Both the position numbers and the translations under genes were made by a program. 64,000 bases of DNA from a virus (Duplodnaviria > Caudoviricetes), in IMG/VR virus record IMGVR_UViG_2724679462_000002, positions 1 through 64,000 of that record; one strand, given 5' to 3'. The notes beneath the pieces are model-generated. The model saw only the letters and a program-made list of their open reading frames with translations, was not told where the DNA came from and ran no database searches. This document shows, one piece after another, positions 46,667-56,801 of this stretch (its first letter is position 1; every line of letters begins with the position of its first letter).

Positions 46667-48622
46667 TTAGGACGAGACGCTTTCCGTGTTCCAGGCCTTG
46701 TAACCGACTGGAACCGAATTAACGAACGTGCTGCTGCCCGGGTTGTAGGTCACCGAGTCGGAGATCTGCCACGTCGACACTGCCGGGAAGACCTGTGCTG
46801 CAAGGCCGTCCTGCGTGCAAATGCTTGCGATCGAGATCCCGCCGATGTTGCCTTCCGGATTCTGCTCGGTCGGCGTGCCGCCGTTCCACTGTTGCGTGAT
46901 CGGGTTATAGAACCAGATCAACTTGGCCGAGAGGTTCACAGCAATACCTACCGTACTGCCCTGCATCGGCGCCTGCGAGCCAATCGCGTTTACCGTGGCA
47001 CCCAAGTAGAAGATCCCGCTCGTCACCTTCGACATGTTGGTGTACATCATGATGCCGTTGGCGTCGGCGCCCAGCTCGCCGTTCGGCGCTTCGAGCTGGT
47101 TACAGATACCGAAGCCGACCGCGCCCGTGAGGCGGTTGATCGTGGCTTCCGCGTACAGCAGGCCCGAGGACTGACCGTATGTGGTCCGGGCGGTCTGCCA
47201 CTCGTTCTTCGTACCCACGACGGTCATGTTGGAACTCTGAAGCACCATGCCCGACGGCAAGACGGACGAGTCGAACGTCGCCGTGACGGTCGGCGTAGTG
47301 CCACCCCCTCCGGTATTTCCTCCGTCTCCACCAGAAGTTGTCGTGTGACCCCAGACGCTGTAGCCTGACGGAGCGGTATTGACGAAGGCTTGATCACCGA
47401 GGTTGACTGTGACCGTGTCGGCCGTCTCGAGCACGCCACCGTCGCCGGTCATTTCGACCATCGCGCACGGATAGACATATCCGTTATAGCCGGCGGACAT
47501 GATCCCACTGATGTCGATGCCGCCAACGTTCCCGACCGGATCAGCCGATTCGTCGCCATTCCAGAGCCCTGTTTCTGGCATGAGGAACCACACCAGCTTC
47601 GCGTCCAGATTGATCGCCATCCCAAGCGTGTCGCCGGCCGACAAGTTGAACTTGCTCTGCGTGGTACTGATGAACGCGTTGTTGGTCTTGACGCCATTTC
47701 CGGCGTCGGTCCCGCAGAACGCCATGATGCCGTTTCCATCACTGCCCACTGAGGCCAGATCTTCGCGACCGTTGACCAATCCCAGGCCCACCGCGGTCGA
47801 GAACCTGACGATCGTCGCCTCGACGTAATACAGACCGCTGTTATGGGCAACGATAGAACGCGCTGCCCCAAAGCTCATCGGCGCAGCGACCGTAAGATTG
47901 TCGTCCTCCAGCACGAGCCCGTCCGGCAGGCTTTGCGGATCCAGCGTATTCGAGACGTCGCCTCCCCCGCTCGAGACGATGTTGCCGTTCGCGTCGATCA
48001 GTCCGGCGGAAATCATCGACGAGATGAACGACGTAAGCGACGTGACCTGTTGCTGGCTGCTGGTGAGCTGATCCTTCAGCGCCAGAAGCTGCGCCGTGGG
48101 AGTACCGGCCTGGCTGATCGCGGCATTGCGTGTCGAGGTAATCGCCGCATGCTCCGTCTGACTGATCAATGTCTTCGCCGATACTGCCAACGACTTGATT
48201 GTGGGCGTCACACCGATTGCGTCCTGCACGGCCAGCGACACTTTCGATTTCACGTAGGTGAGATCGAGAGAATCCGGCAACGCTCCGCAATGCACACCCA
48301 GCACGATGCTCGTATACGGAACATTGTTCTGGCTCGGCATCTGGGTAATGTACGTGTTCGGCAGATAAAGCCACGTACCGCCCGTCGCCTGCAGCGAAAC
48401 AATTGACGCGCCCGCAGACACGTCATTTTGGAAATCCGTTTGCGTGAGACCGCTCGGCGAGTAGTACAGCGTGAACGGATCCCCTCCGCTCCCGATGATG
48501 TCGCTCAGCAGTCGGACGGCGACGCAGCGGTATGCGACGCCGGCTTGCAGCTTCGCGTCGAAGGGACTTGCCAGCGTCCACAGGCCCGACGATCCGATAT
48601 TCGGATTCAGAGGGGTGGTCAT
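46667..48622 (-). CDS. virion protein with two C-terminal SPRY/B30.2-like domains
   Basis: repeated LDP..L.L...N.TV, SGLYYVEATI / SGLLYAEATI, GDTLGMAINLDAKLVWF / GSTVGIAVNLSAKLIWF, YPCA / FPAV, PSGY / PVGY. Confidence 0.75.
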   Translation of the reverse strand: MTTPLNPNIGSSGLWTLASPFDAKLQAGVAYRCVAVRLLSDIIGSGGDPFTLYYSPSGLTQTDFQNDVSAGASIVSLQATGGTWLYLPNTYITQMPSQNNVPYTSIVLGVHCGALPDSLDLTYVKSKVSLAVQDAIGVTPTIKSLAVSAKTLISQTEHAAITSTRNAAISQAGTPTAQLLALKDQLTSSQQQVTSLTSFISSMISAGLIDANGNIVSSGGGDVSNTLDPQSLPDGLVLEDDNLTVAAPMSFGAARSIVAHNSGLYYVEATIVRFSTAVGLGLVNGREDLASVGSDGNGIMAFCGTDAGNGVKTNNAFISTTQSKFNLSAGDTLGMAINLDAKLVWFLMPETGLWNGDESADPVGNVGGIDISGIMSAGYNGYVYPCAMVEMTGDGGVLETADTVTVNLGDQAFVNTAPSGYSVWGHTTTSGGDGGNTGGGGTTPTVTATFDSSVLPSGMVLQSSNMTVVGTKNEWQTARTTYGQSSGLLYAEATINRLTGAVGFGICNQLEAPNGELGADANGIMMYTNMSKVTSGIFYLGATVNAIGSQAPMQGSTVGIAVNLSAKLIWFYNPITQQWNGGTPTEQNPEGNIGGISIASICTQDGLAAQVFPAVSTWQISDSVTYNPGSSTFVNSVPVGYKAWNTESVSS

Positions 48623-48641
48623 GATGCTCCTTGTCTAATAC

Positions 48642-50024
48642 TTACTGGGTGTTTGCGACGTACACGCCATCCGCGCCGAACTCCGCGACGTTTGAGATCG
48701 GGAAGTTGGCCTTCGCCACCATCAGGTAGTTGATGCCGTCGTAGGTCGCCACCAGATAAAGAACGTTGTTGCGCGTGAGCTTCGTCATGCCCGCCGGCAC
48801 GTTGCCGTACTGCGTCAGTCCCTCGGCCGCCGCCAACATCTGGCCCAGGAGCAGAACGAAGTTCTGCGTGTCCGTTGCCATGCGTGCGAAGTCCAGACTC
48901 TGCGACGGCACCGAGAGGATGTCCGGGAACACGTGCTCGATCTGGAACTTCGAATCCTTGTTGTTCGGCGAGCCGCAGGTCACCAGCGCCACCGACTTAT
49001 ACGGATACGTCTGCACGCAGCAGTTGGAATTAATATGAGCCGCCGGGTAACCGGTGGCGACCTGCGTCATCATCGCGAGGGCGCGGGATGGGTTGGCAAC
49101 GGGTGAGTAAATCCCGCTCACCTGGTTGCGGTTGGGAATCGCGTACTGATCCCACATGGGAATCAGTGTGAACTCCGTTCGCTTGAACAAATCCGGCAGG
49201 ATCTCCGTCCATTCAGCCTGCGTGTGCGTGCTGTTCGCAAGCACGTATGTGATGATGGCATTGGCGATCGCGTCGATGTTGTTGCCGGCCTGACCGTAGA
49301 TCAACACGGTCCAGTTAGTCGGGATCGTATTCGTCGGCAGTGCCGGATCGATGTAATCGAAGCTCAGCGCGTCGAGGATCGACTCGGGGTTGTCGCCCTT
49401 TGCCGCCTGAATGAGCGTCATCGTGTTGACGAAGGTCTGAGCGTTCAGCTCCGCCTGCACGTTCGACGAGGTCGTGAAGAAGTTGTCCAGATTCGCCATC
49501 GGTGGGACGACGACGATCGAATACTCGTCGTACTCCGCCTTGAACGAGGCATCGGCAAACCAGATCTTGATCAGGTTGTCCTTGCCCGTTGCGATCGAGC
49601 CGTAAGTCGAGTCGGTCGTGTTCTCCCACTGCAGCCATTCGGGTACCCAGTACGTGCCGTCGGTGACCATGTCCCCGCAGGTGAAGTTCTGTGCGCTCGT
49701 CTGAAACTGGTTGAGCAGGCCTGAGAGTATCGTGCTCGCGGCAATCTGGCCGGGGTTCGGCACGGCTTGCGTCTGTGCGAACACCCATGCAGCAATCTGC
49801 ATCACCTGCGTGACGAGATTTGCTGGCACGCCGACAGCGCCTGCGTCCGGATCCTGACTCAGGAAACTCACGAACGTGAGATCCGGATACGTCTCCTGCG
49901 TGTAGTAGATCTTGTCGAGCGAATAGGTGCTCGACTGTGTAGACAGTTCGCCGATGGTTGCGATCGCTCCCGGGGCGTTGTCCGCAAACACATCGTTACT
50001 GATAAAGCCTTTAAGCGAGTACAT
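48642..50024 (-). CDS. virion structural protein
   Basis: MYSLKGF...IGELSTQSSTYS, IKIWFADASF; GGGAGAGGG RBS. Confidence 0.7.
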   Translation of the reverse strand: MYSLKGFISNDVFADNAPGAIATIGELSTQSSTYSLDKIYYTQETYPDLTFVSFLSQDPDAGAVGVPANLVTQVMQIAAWVFAQTQAVPNPGQIAASTILSGLLNQFQTSAQNFTCGDMVTDGTYWVPEWLQWENTTDSTYGSIATGKDNLIKIWFADASFKAEYDEYSIVVVPPMANLDNFFTTSSNVQAELNAQTFVNTMTLIQAAKGDNPESILDALSFDYIDPALPTNTIPTNWTVLIYGQAGNNIDAIANAIITYVLANSTHTQAEWTEILPDLFKRTEFTLIPMWDQYAIPNRNQVSGIYSPVANPSRALAMMTQVATGYPAAHINSNCCVQTYPYKSVALVTCGSPNNKDSKFQIEHVFPDILSVPSQSLDFARMATDTQNFVLLLGQMLAAAEGLTQYGNVPAGMTKLTRNNVLYLVATYDGINYLMVAKANFPISNVAEFGADGVYVANTQ

Positions 50025-50125
50025 CGCGTTCCCTCTCCCATGACATCGCGGCGACGAAAAGGGCATGGCCAGCCCTTCTCTGGAATAACTACTCAGACTA
50101 TAAAATTAGCTAAAGGGGATTCACC

Positions 50126-50542
50126 TTGAGCCCGATTGAATTCATTGGAAAGCTCGTGTGGAGCGCATGGCCATTCGTCAAGGAAATGGTTTTGGATGGC
50201 AAAAGTCTCGCCTATGCCTTCAGGAACAGTAAGCGCCGCGCGATCTTCAGCATCGTGATCATGGCGAGCTTCACGCTCAACTTAGTGAATCTGAGCGCGG
50301 ACGTCCGGCTCTTGTCGATTCTCGCGAAGTACCTTGAGGTCGAGAAGGAATACAAGACGTCACGCGCTGAAGTCATCCGGTTGAAGGCACGCGTCGAACG
50401 TGACTGCCTGCCGCCCGAGCCTGCTGCCGCTTCGCTGCCCGCAGCGAGCGCCACGCCTCCAGAGCCGCCCCACGCGGCCCCGCCTGATAGCTATCAGGCG
50501 CTCAAAAGCACGTTCGCGGGTCTGCAAGCCGCACACCGCTAA
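50126..50542 (+). CDS. membrane-anchored protein (second i-spanin-like candidate)
   Basis: AAGGGG RBS; TM segment, coiled coil, Cys, Pro-rich tail. Confidence 0.55.
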   Translation: MSPIEFIGKLVWSAWPFVKEMVLDGKSLAYAFRNSKRRAIFSIVIMASFTLNLVNLSADVRLLSILAKYLEVEKEYKTSRAEVIRLKARVERDCLPPEPAAASLPAASATPPEPPHAAPPDSYQALKSTFAGLQAAHR

Positions 50543-50562
50543 CTCACCGCAGGAAATCCACC

Positions 50563-51041
50563 ATGCTCAAGTTCCTATTCGGCGCTGGAATCGCGCTGGG
50601 CCTCGCTTTGGCCGGCTGCAACAGTTTCAACAAGACCACCTACTCGAAGTCAATCAGGCGGCGATTCGAGCGGGATCGAGCGACCACCCACCGTCGCAGA
50701 TCAGCGGGCTGGTCGTAATCATTCCGGACATGCGTGTTGATCCGGCCATCGCTAAATCGCCGCCTCCCACGCCACCGGATGAACCACCCCCGGTCACGAA
50801 AGGTCTGTGTCCTGCGTACCGCATGCCGACCCTTCCTCGTGCACCCGACGTCCCGATCAAGCAACTGGATGCCATCAAGCCTTCCGACGATGCTGCTGTG
50901 GACGCGCTCGCGCGTGCTCACATCGTCGAGTTGCACAACTACATAGACCAGACACAACGCATTCTGAAGAAGTCATACCAGGACTACGTCAAACGCTGTG
51001 AGACGCACAAAAAACATATCGAACATCGCGCTAAGTCTTGA
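50563..51041 (+). pseudogene. lipoprotein (o-spanin-like) split by a -1 frameshift
   Basis: ATG 50563 gives MLKFLFGAGIALGLALAGC (lipobox) and stops at 50718; the Pro-rich, Cys-containing body is in the -1 frame and ends at 51041. Confidence 0.6.
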
Positions 51042-51100
51042 GCAAGGTATTTTTGACGTACCTCCCGAATCCCGTAGTCAGAGACCTCAGGATCGGAACA

Positions 51101-51819
51101 GTGAGCAAAATACGTGAAGACTGGCTTGAGCATGAGATCGAAATGGCCGTTGCTGGTGTCGACCCGTTTGGCACGCGCGGACTAAAGAAGGAAGAGGTCA
51201 GGCCGGTGTCTACGGTCTCTACTTCCCCGAGGTGGACCGTGTCTATTTCGGAAAAACCAACAACTTGTACCGCCGCCGGAACAAACACATGTTCGATCTC
51301 GCCAATCGGATCCATCCGAATTGGAAAGTTCAAGGCGCATACGACGCTTCGAACGACAAGCGATTCATGTTTCTTCCATTGGCGTTGCAGGAGAAGGAAG
51401 ACCGCACCCGGGCGGAACAGACTTTGGTCGATCAGTACTGGGAAACCGGCAAAGTTCTCAACATTTCCAAGGATGCGATCGTCCCTGCCAGAGGACAAGT
51501 CTTCACCCGGGAGCGCCTTGAACGGATGTCGCTCATTGCGCGCAAGCACTTTGCCGACAACCCCCATGCACGACAACGGCTTTCCGCAGTCGCTAAGGAA
51601 CAGTGGAGAGATCCGAACTCGCGACAGCTTCTAGTCGAACGGGCACTTCCGAATCTCAAGCTCGGTGTGTCGGCAACATCGAAGAAGGTTCTCGTCGACG
51701 GGGTCCTCTACTTGTCTTACAACGAAGCCGGCAGAGCGCACGGGATCCATCACTCTCACGTCAGCTATCGCATTAACAGCAAGGGTTTCCCCACGTGGAA
51801 ACTCATCGAGCAAGAAGAA
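51101..51819 (+). pseudogene. GIY-YIG homing endonuclease, N-terminally frameshifted and in frame with RNase H
   Basis: AGVYGLYFPEVDRVYFGKT...R...H...HPN; the GVY lies upstream of any in-frame start; C-terminal VLVDGVLYLSYNEAGRAHGI HTH-like domain. Confidence 0.7.
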
Positions 51820-53364
51820 ATGACAACTGAAACCGAAGTCACAGTCAAGGAACAGACCGCAGATGCGGTCAAAGTAGCAATGGGGATGTCCCTTTATGCT
51901 GATGGAGGCGCTTCGCCGAATCCGGGTCCCAGCGGCTGGGGAATCCATGGTTTCCTCTACTCGGACGAGAAGCCGAAGAAGGGAACGGGTAATGGAGGCT
52001 GGCTGTTGACTCAGCGCGGCTACATCACCAAGGCCGACGCTACTCACAGGGGCGGCGTGGCTGAAGTAACACCGATTCATTACGTGGACGGTTACGGCTC
52101 GATTCTCGTGTCCCATTCGCCCAAGAAGCCGACCAACAACGTGGGCGAGCTGATGGCTGCGACGCGCGCACTCGAGCACGCGATCAACTACGAGATCAAA
52201 CGCGTGCTGGTCACTACCGATTCTCAGTACGTGCGCAAGGGCATCGAAGAGTGGGTCGAAGGCTGGCAGCGTAACGGCTGGTTGAAGCGTGACGGCGAAC
52301 CCGTTGCGAACGATGGGCTGTGGAAGGAATTGATCGCAGCGAAGCAGCGACTCGTTGACCGGGGCGTCGAAGTGGCGTTCGCCTGGGTCAAGGGGCACGA
52401 CGGTCATCTGGGCAACGACATTGCCGACAAGCATGCAACCCTCGGCGTTCTGCTTTCGCAGCAAGACATCTTCAAGAGCGACGTGACGACCACGGTCGCT
52501 GACGGCTACTGGAAGTACGATAGCGAACGCCATCCGATGTTGGCAAACCGCCGGATGTACTTCAACACGGTCAAGGAATATCAGAAGCCGGGCGAATACT
52601 ATCTCGGCGAGCATGGAACCGAAGACGACCTGCTGGGCAAGCGCATCAGCGATGGCGCGTACTCGGTCGTGCGACTGAAAGAAGCTGATCCCTCCATCGA
52701 GTTCGTGCGTAACCATACGACCGATCTCGCGTGCGGGATGGATTCCATCGTCATGATTCGACTCGATCAACTCTTCAGCGCGGTCACCCACAAGGAAGTC
52801 ATGCGTTATGGGACGATCGCGATGCCACGGGCGAACCTCGGGCGACTCGATCTGAACTGCTTGGACGAGGAACCGGGGCCGGGCCACAAGCGAAAGCCTC
52901 TGACGCGAGAGTGCCGTCCTCCCAAGCTTGCCATGCGTGCTGTCGAGGCGCTCTCCGATCTGATCGACAAGCTCGAAATGTATCAGGCTGCGAACCCGCT
53001 CGTGACTGCGACGGACCTGACCGAGATACTTTATGAGACACGTGAGAAGCCTGTCGGTAAGAAGGGGGAAACGGTCTCAACCATGGAGCTGCGTCCGCAG
53101 TTTGTGGTTGGCTTTGCAGCACTCGAGGTTCAAGCAAACTACCGCGACGGAGACGGGACTGCACAGGTTCCGGTTACCCTCACGCTGGGCATCGACTTGC
53201 TCAATCGCAATTCGCTCAAGCGTCTGGAGAAGACTCAACCCAAGGTCACCCTACTTACCTGGCTGGAATCCCCCACGGCGTTCCGATACGCCACTGTGGT
53301 GGAAGCAGACGGGGACGTCGGGATCTGGGCGGGCGTCTACTCGAACCTCCGCATGGTCGTATAA
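51820..53364 (+). CDS. rnhA: RNase HI (phiKZ gp155-like)
   Basis: LYADGGASPNPGPSGWG, TNNVGEL, TDSQYVRKGI, WVKGHDGHLGNDIAD. Confidence 0.9.
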   Translation: MTTETEVTVKEQTADAVKVAMGMSLYADGGASPNPGPSGWGIHGFLYSDEKPKKGTGNGGWLLTQRGYITKADATHRGGVAEVTPIHYVDGYGSILVSHSPKKPTNNVGELMAATRALEHAINYEIKRVLVTTDSQYVRKGIEEWVEGWQRNGWLKRDGEPVANDGLWKELIAAKQRLVDRGVEVAFAWVKGHDGHLGNDIADKHATLGVLLSQQDIFKSDVTTTVADGYWKYDSERHPMLANRRMYFNTVKEYQKPGEYYLGEHGTEDDLLGKRISDGAYSVVRLKEADPSIEFVRNHTTDLACGMDSIVMIRLDQLFSAVTHKEVMRYGTIAMPRANLGRLDLNCLDEEPGPGHKRKPLTRECRPPKLAMRAVEALSDLIDKLEMYQAANPLVTATDLTEILYETREKPVGKKGETVSTMELRPQFVVGFAALEVQANYRDGDGTAQVPVTLTLGIDLLNRNSLKRLEKTQPKVTLLTWLESPTAFRYATVVEADGDVGIWAGVYSNLRMVV

Positions 53365-53448
53365 CCCTTTCCACGTCCTTTTAAGGCATGGCACTCCCAG
53401 GACAACGTAGGCCCGTTCTGGCTGCCCTGCCGTTCAGGAGTTTTTTCA

Positions 53449-53892
53449 ATGAATCGTGTCACAGACGTCATTCGAGGCCGGTTCTCGGGTGTCACCGTCG
53501 GCATGCGAGTGCGTTTTTCAAGCATGCTCGATCGTCATCTGCCCCAACGCACCAAACGGTTGTTGTTCCTGGCTTCGTTCTCGGCGCAGCTGAAGGCGCC
53601 GCAGGAGTTCAACCGCGACATGTTGCACAAGCTGAACAAGATGCTGGACTTGTCGACGGATGATGCGGCGCTCAAGTTCCCCATCCACATCAGCCGTGCG
53701 ATCTGGCGAAACCGTCCGTTCGAAATGGGCGTGCGATTCGACACCAGAACGCTGCAAGATCAGACGGATGTGCGGGGATTGGGGATGCGGATCGTATCGG
53801 CTATGCCAAAGTGGCTACGCTATGGCGACGATTGCCGGATGCTGGGCGATGTCGAGCGACTGTTGCGCAACTGGCAACAGGTGGGCGCATAG
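53449..53892 (+). CDS. hypothetical protein
   Basis: AGGAG RBS, 147 aa. Confidence 0.6.
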   Translation: MNRVTDVIRGRFSGVTVGMRVRFSSMLDRHLPQRTKRLLFLASFSAQLKAPQEFNRDMLHKLNKMLDLSTDDAALKFPIHISRAIWRNRPFEMGVRFDTRTLQDQTDVRGLGMRIVSAMPKWLRYGDDCRMLGDVERLLRNWQQVGA

Positions 53893-53898
53893 CGACGC

Positions 53899-53949
53899 AC
53901 GTCATAGAAGCCAGAGAGGGCCTCGCGGTCCCCTCTGGCTCTTATGCCG
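53899..53949. terminator. bidirectional hairpin with TTATGCCG; near-inverted copy of the 42085 element
   Basis: ACGTCATAGAAGCCAGAGAGGG...CCCTCTGGCTCTTATGCCG. Confidence 0.75.
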
Positions 53950-53954
53950 CTTGC

Positions 53955-54773
53955 TTACTTGCTGAATGCCCGGATGGCAACGCCCATCGAGTAGTTCACG
54001 GCCGTCACGAAGGCCTGCACCTTGTAATACACAGCGCTGTACATCTCGAGCTGCGAGGCGATCTGGTACGCCCCTTCCGAGAGCTCCGTCACCACCTGCG
54101 GCGACACGCCTTCCAGTTCGTTGCGTTGAACCTTTCGCTCGATGGCATCGAGCAGCTGACCCGCCTCCTCGATCTTCTTGCTGAGCATGCGACGGTTGAC
54201 CGAGTCCATCTGCTCGCTCACCGCGTTCGTCAGATTGAAAACGCTCTTCCAATCCGCGTTGCGGGCTACCACGTCCCCGAAGGTCCGGTCGGCTTTCGTC
54301 GATCCCGGCTGAAAGCAGGCGCCCAGTTGCTGGTTGTCCAGGTCGCGGGTTCCCTGCAGCTTCTTGTAGTAGCTGGAGTTGAACTCGGAGCTGAACTGGT
54401 GATCGTGGTTGGTGACGAGCTGACCCAGGAACAGCGTGTAGAGCGAGAGCTGGTCCACAATCTTTGTGGCATTTTCCACCGCCTGCGAAAGCGCTTCGCC
54501 ATAGACGAGATAGGGAACCTTCAGGCCTTCCGGCACGCGCGCCGGCAGCGGCGAGATCGACACGTAGTTCCGGCCCGCGATCGCCTCCAGAAACACCTTC
54601 TGCTGGCTGGTGATAGGCGCCGTCGATTTGTCGTTCGGGGATACGAGGTTGTAAAGGTCGCGGAAGCCCGCCTGGATGGCCGGGAAGACCCGATGCAAAA
54701 GACTCCCGGTGTCTTGCAGGGTGAAGGCTTCAAGCGCCACCACGGCGCGTTGGTTCTCGAGCAGAGTCGTCAT
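53955..54773 (-). CDS. head protein with ALE propeptide (phiKZ gp153-like)
   Basis: N-terminal VALEAF; VPEGL; located between RNase H and RecA. Confidence 0.65.
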   Translation of the reverse strand: MTTLLENQRAVVALEAFTLQDTGSLLHRVFPAIQAGFRDLYNLVSPNDKSTAPITSQQKVFLEAIAGRNYVSISPLPARVPEGLKVPYLVYGEALSQAVENATKIVDQLSLYTLFLGQLVTNHDHQFSSEFNSSYYKKLQGTRDLDNQQLGACFQPGSTKADRTFGDVVARNADWKSVFNLTNAVSEQMDSVNRRMLSKKIEEAGQLLDAIERKVQRNELEGVSPQVVTELSEGAYQIASQLEMYSAVYYKVQAFVTAVNYSMGVAIRAFSK

Positions 54774-54889
54774 AAGGGGTCCGGTGTGAAATAAGCAATA
54801 GGGCAGTTCATAAAAATGTACGAAGTCAAATCCATCTTTTGCGCAAGCGTTAGTTATCGAACATAGACGTCCTTACGAACGAGCAGAAG

Positions 54890-56395
54890 ATGACGATTGA
54901 CTTAAGAACAAAGCTGACACCAGCACCGAATGTCAAGGTGATGATCAATATCGGAGCGGGCTTCGACATTCCGACCGGCCACTACATCAAGGGTCGTCGC
55001 AACGAGTCGATCCTGAACGGTGGTTTGGCGCCGTTGACCGGCATTACGGGTATCGGCAACAACTTCAAATCTACGACCGAGCACTACATGATGCTGACCG
55101 CGATGTCACGCATGCTGTACTCGGCAGCAAAGACGTACGACACCGAAGTCAACATCCACGAATGGCACTACCGCGAATTCGTCGCCCGAACGGAAGCGTT
55201 CCACGGCGAGGATGTGCTGGAGTCGCAGCGCTGGTCGATCACCGACAAGACGGTCTACGTCGGCGATGAGTGGTACAAGAACCACAAGAACGAGCTGGAG
55301 GAGAAGAGCAAGCGGAAGGACATCATCGTCAATACGCCATTCTTCAATCGCGAGCGCACGGGCGCATTCACCATGCTGATCCCGACGTTCACCGAGATCG
55401 ACTCGTTCACCGAGTTCGAGACATCGGACGTGATCGAAATGCAGGACAAGAACGATCTGGGCGAATCCGGCGGCAACACGATTCACATGCGTCAGGGCCT
55501 GGCGAAGCTGCGTATCTTGATGGAAGCGCCGCGTCTGCACGGTCAGGCCTACGACTACCTCCTCATGACTGCACACCTCGGCAAAGAGTCGACGATGCAG
55601 AATGCCGGTCCGGCCGGCTCCGTGCCGATCCAGAAGCTCAAGCACCTGAAGAACGGCGACAAGATCAAGGGTACGACCGACAAGTTCACCTTCATCACGC
55701 ACAACTGCTGGCACTGCTACAACTCGGCGCCCTTGCTCGACGGCAACCGCGCGCCGGAGTATCCGCGCAATCAGGACGACACGCTCAAGCTCGACACCGA
55801 TCTGAACACGGTGCAGCTGCGCAATCTGCGCTCGAAGTCAGGCGCATCTGGCATGGCGTTCACGCTGATCGTGTCACAGTCGGAAGGTGTGTTGCCGTCT
55901 CTCACCGAGTTCCATCACATCAAGGAACAGGGTCGCTACGGGCTGGAAGGCAACAACATCAACTACAGCCTCGTGCTGTATCCGGACTGCAAGCTGCAAC
56001 GCACAACGGTTCGTCGCAAGATCGACAATGATCCGCTGCTGCGCCGGGCGCTCAACATCACGAGCGAGATGTGCCAGATGAGCTATCTGTGGCACACCAT
56101 GGCGCCGGAACTGAAGCTGACGTCGAAGCAACTCTTCGACAGCCTGAAGGCACTGGGCTTCGACTGGAACGTCCTGCTGACGACCCGCGGCTGGTGGACG
56201 CATGAGCTGGGCGAAGCGCACGAGCTGCCGTTCCTTTCGACGATGGACCTGCTGCGCATGACGCTGCCGAAGGAACACCCGGACCATTACTTCCCGTACT
56301 GGATGGGTGAAGACAAGCGTCCGCTGCCGCAGTATCAAGAACTGATTCAACGCATTGCCGAACGCGACGGTCTCCTGCACGCGATGGCAGCCTAA
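54890..56395 (+). CDS. recA: RecA/UvsX-like recombinase (phiKZ gp152-like)
   Basis: GIGNNFKST P-loop variant, YDTE, IDSF, LRSKSG. Confidence 0.75.
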   Translation: MTIDLRTKLTPAPNVKVMINIGAGFDIPTGHYIKGRRNESILNGGLAPLTGITGIGNNFKSTTEHYMMLTAMSRMLYSAAKTYDTEVNIHEWHYREFVARTEAFHGEDVLESQRWSITDKTVYVGDEWYKNHKNELEEKSKRKDIIVNTPFFNRERTGAFTMLIPTFTEIDSFTEFETSDVIEMQDKNDLGESGGNTIHMRQGLAKLRILMEAPRLHGQAYDYLLMTAHLGKESTMQNAGPAGSVPIQKLKHLKNGDKIKGTTDKFTFITHNCWHCYNSAPLLDGNRAPEYPRNQDDTLKLDTDLNTVQLRNLRSKSGASGMAFTLIVSQSEGVLPSLTEFHHIKEQGRYGLEGNNINYSLVLYPDCKLQRTTVRRKIDNDPLLRRALNITSEMCQMSYLWHTMAPELKLTSKQLFDSLKALGFDWNVLLTTRGWWTHELGEAHELPFLSTMDLLRMTLPKEHPDHYFPYWMGEDKRPLPQYQELIQRIAERDGLLHAMAA

Positions 56396-56408
56396 TCAAG
56401 AGGTCCCT

Positions 56409-56735
56409 ATGGACGCAGACAAGCAAGAAAAGATCTCGCAAGTTCACCCCTACCTGCAAGCAAACCTCGCAGTCGTGATGGATCCCGTCAACGGCACCTT
56501 TAAGTTCCGCGTCGGCGAGGAAGTTCGCCACACCAAGGGCGGCGTCTACATCATCACGGGCCTGCCGAGCGAGTACGTGCTCGAGCATTCCCGCGAGCCG
56601 GCTTACGCGTACATGATGATCGACGGCCGCATCTGCGTTCGTTCGCAGGCGGAGATGGAAGACGGTCGATTTGAATCCGTTCCGGAAGGAACTGCCCTCG
56701 CCTACGCTGCCGAGAAGCAAGCCGCTGACCGGTGA
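56409..56735 (+). CDS. DUF1653-like small protein
   Basis: VRHTKGGVY...HSRE...VRSQAEM...RF pattern; GAGG RBS. Confidence 0.55.
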   Translation: MDADKQEKISQVHPYLQANLAVVMDPVNGTFKFRVGEEVRHTKGGVYIITGLPSEYVLEHSREPAYAYMMIDGRICVRSQAEMEDGRFESVPEGTALAYAAEKQAADR

Positions 56736-56801
56736 ATCGTGCTGCCGCGCTCAATGTGCGGTAGCGCACGTTAATAAGATTACTAGAGAATTTTTACTGC
56801 C

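Noticed and set aside
51038-51634. 198 aa ORF overlapping the GIY-YIG gene
   Set aside because: Only its first ~50 codons look protein-like; the rest is an alternative frame of the nuclease
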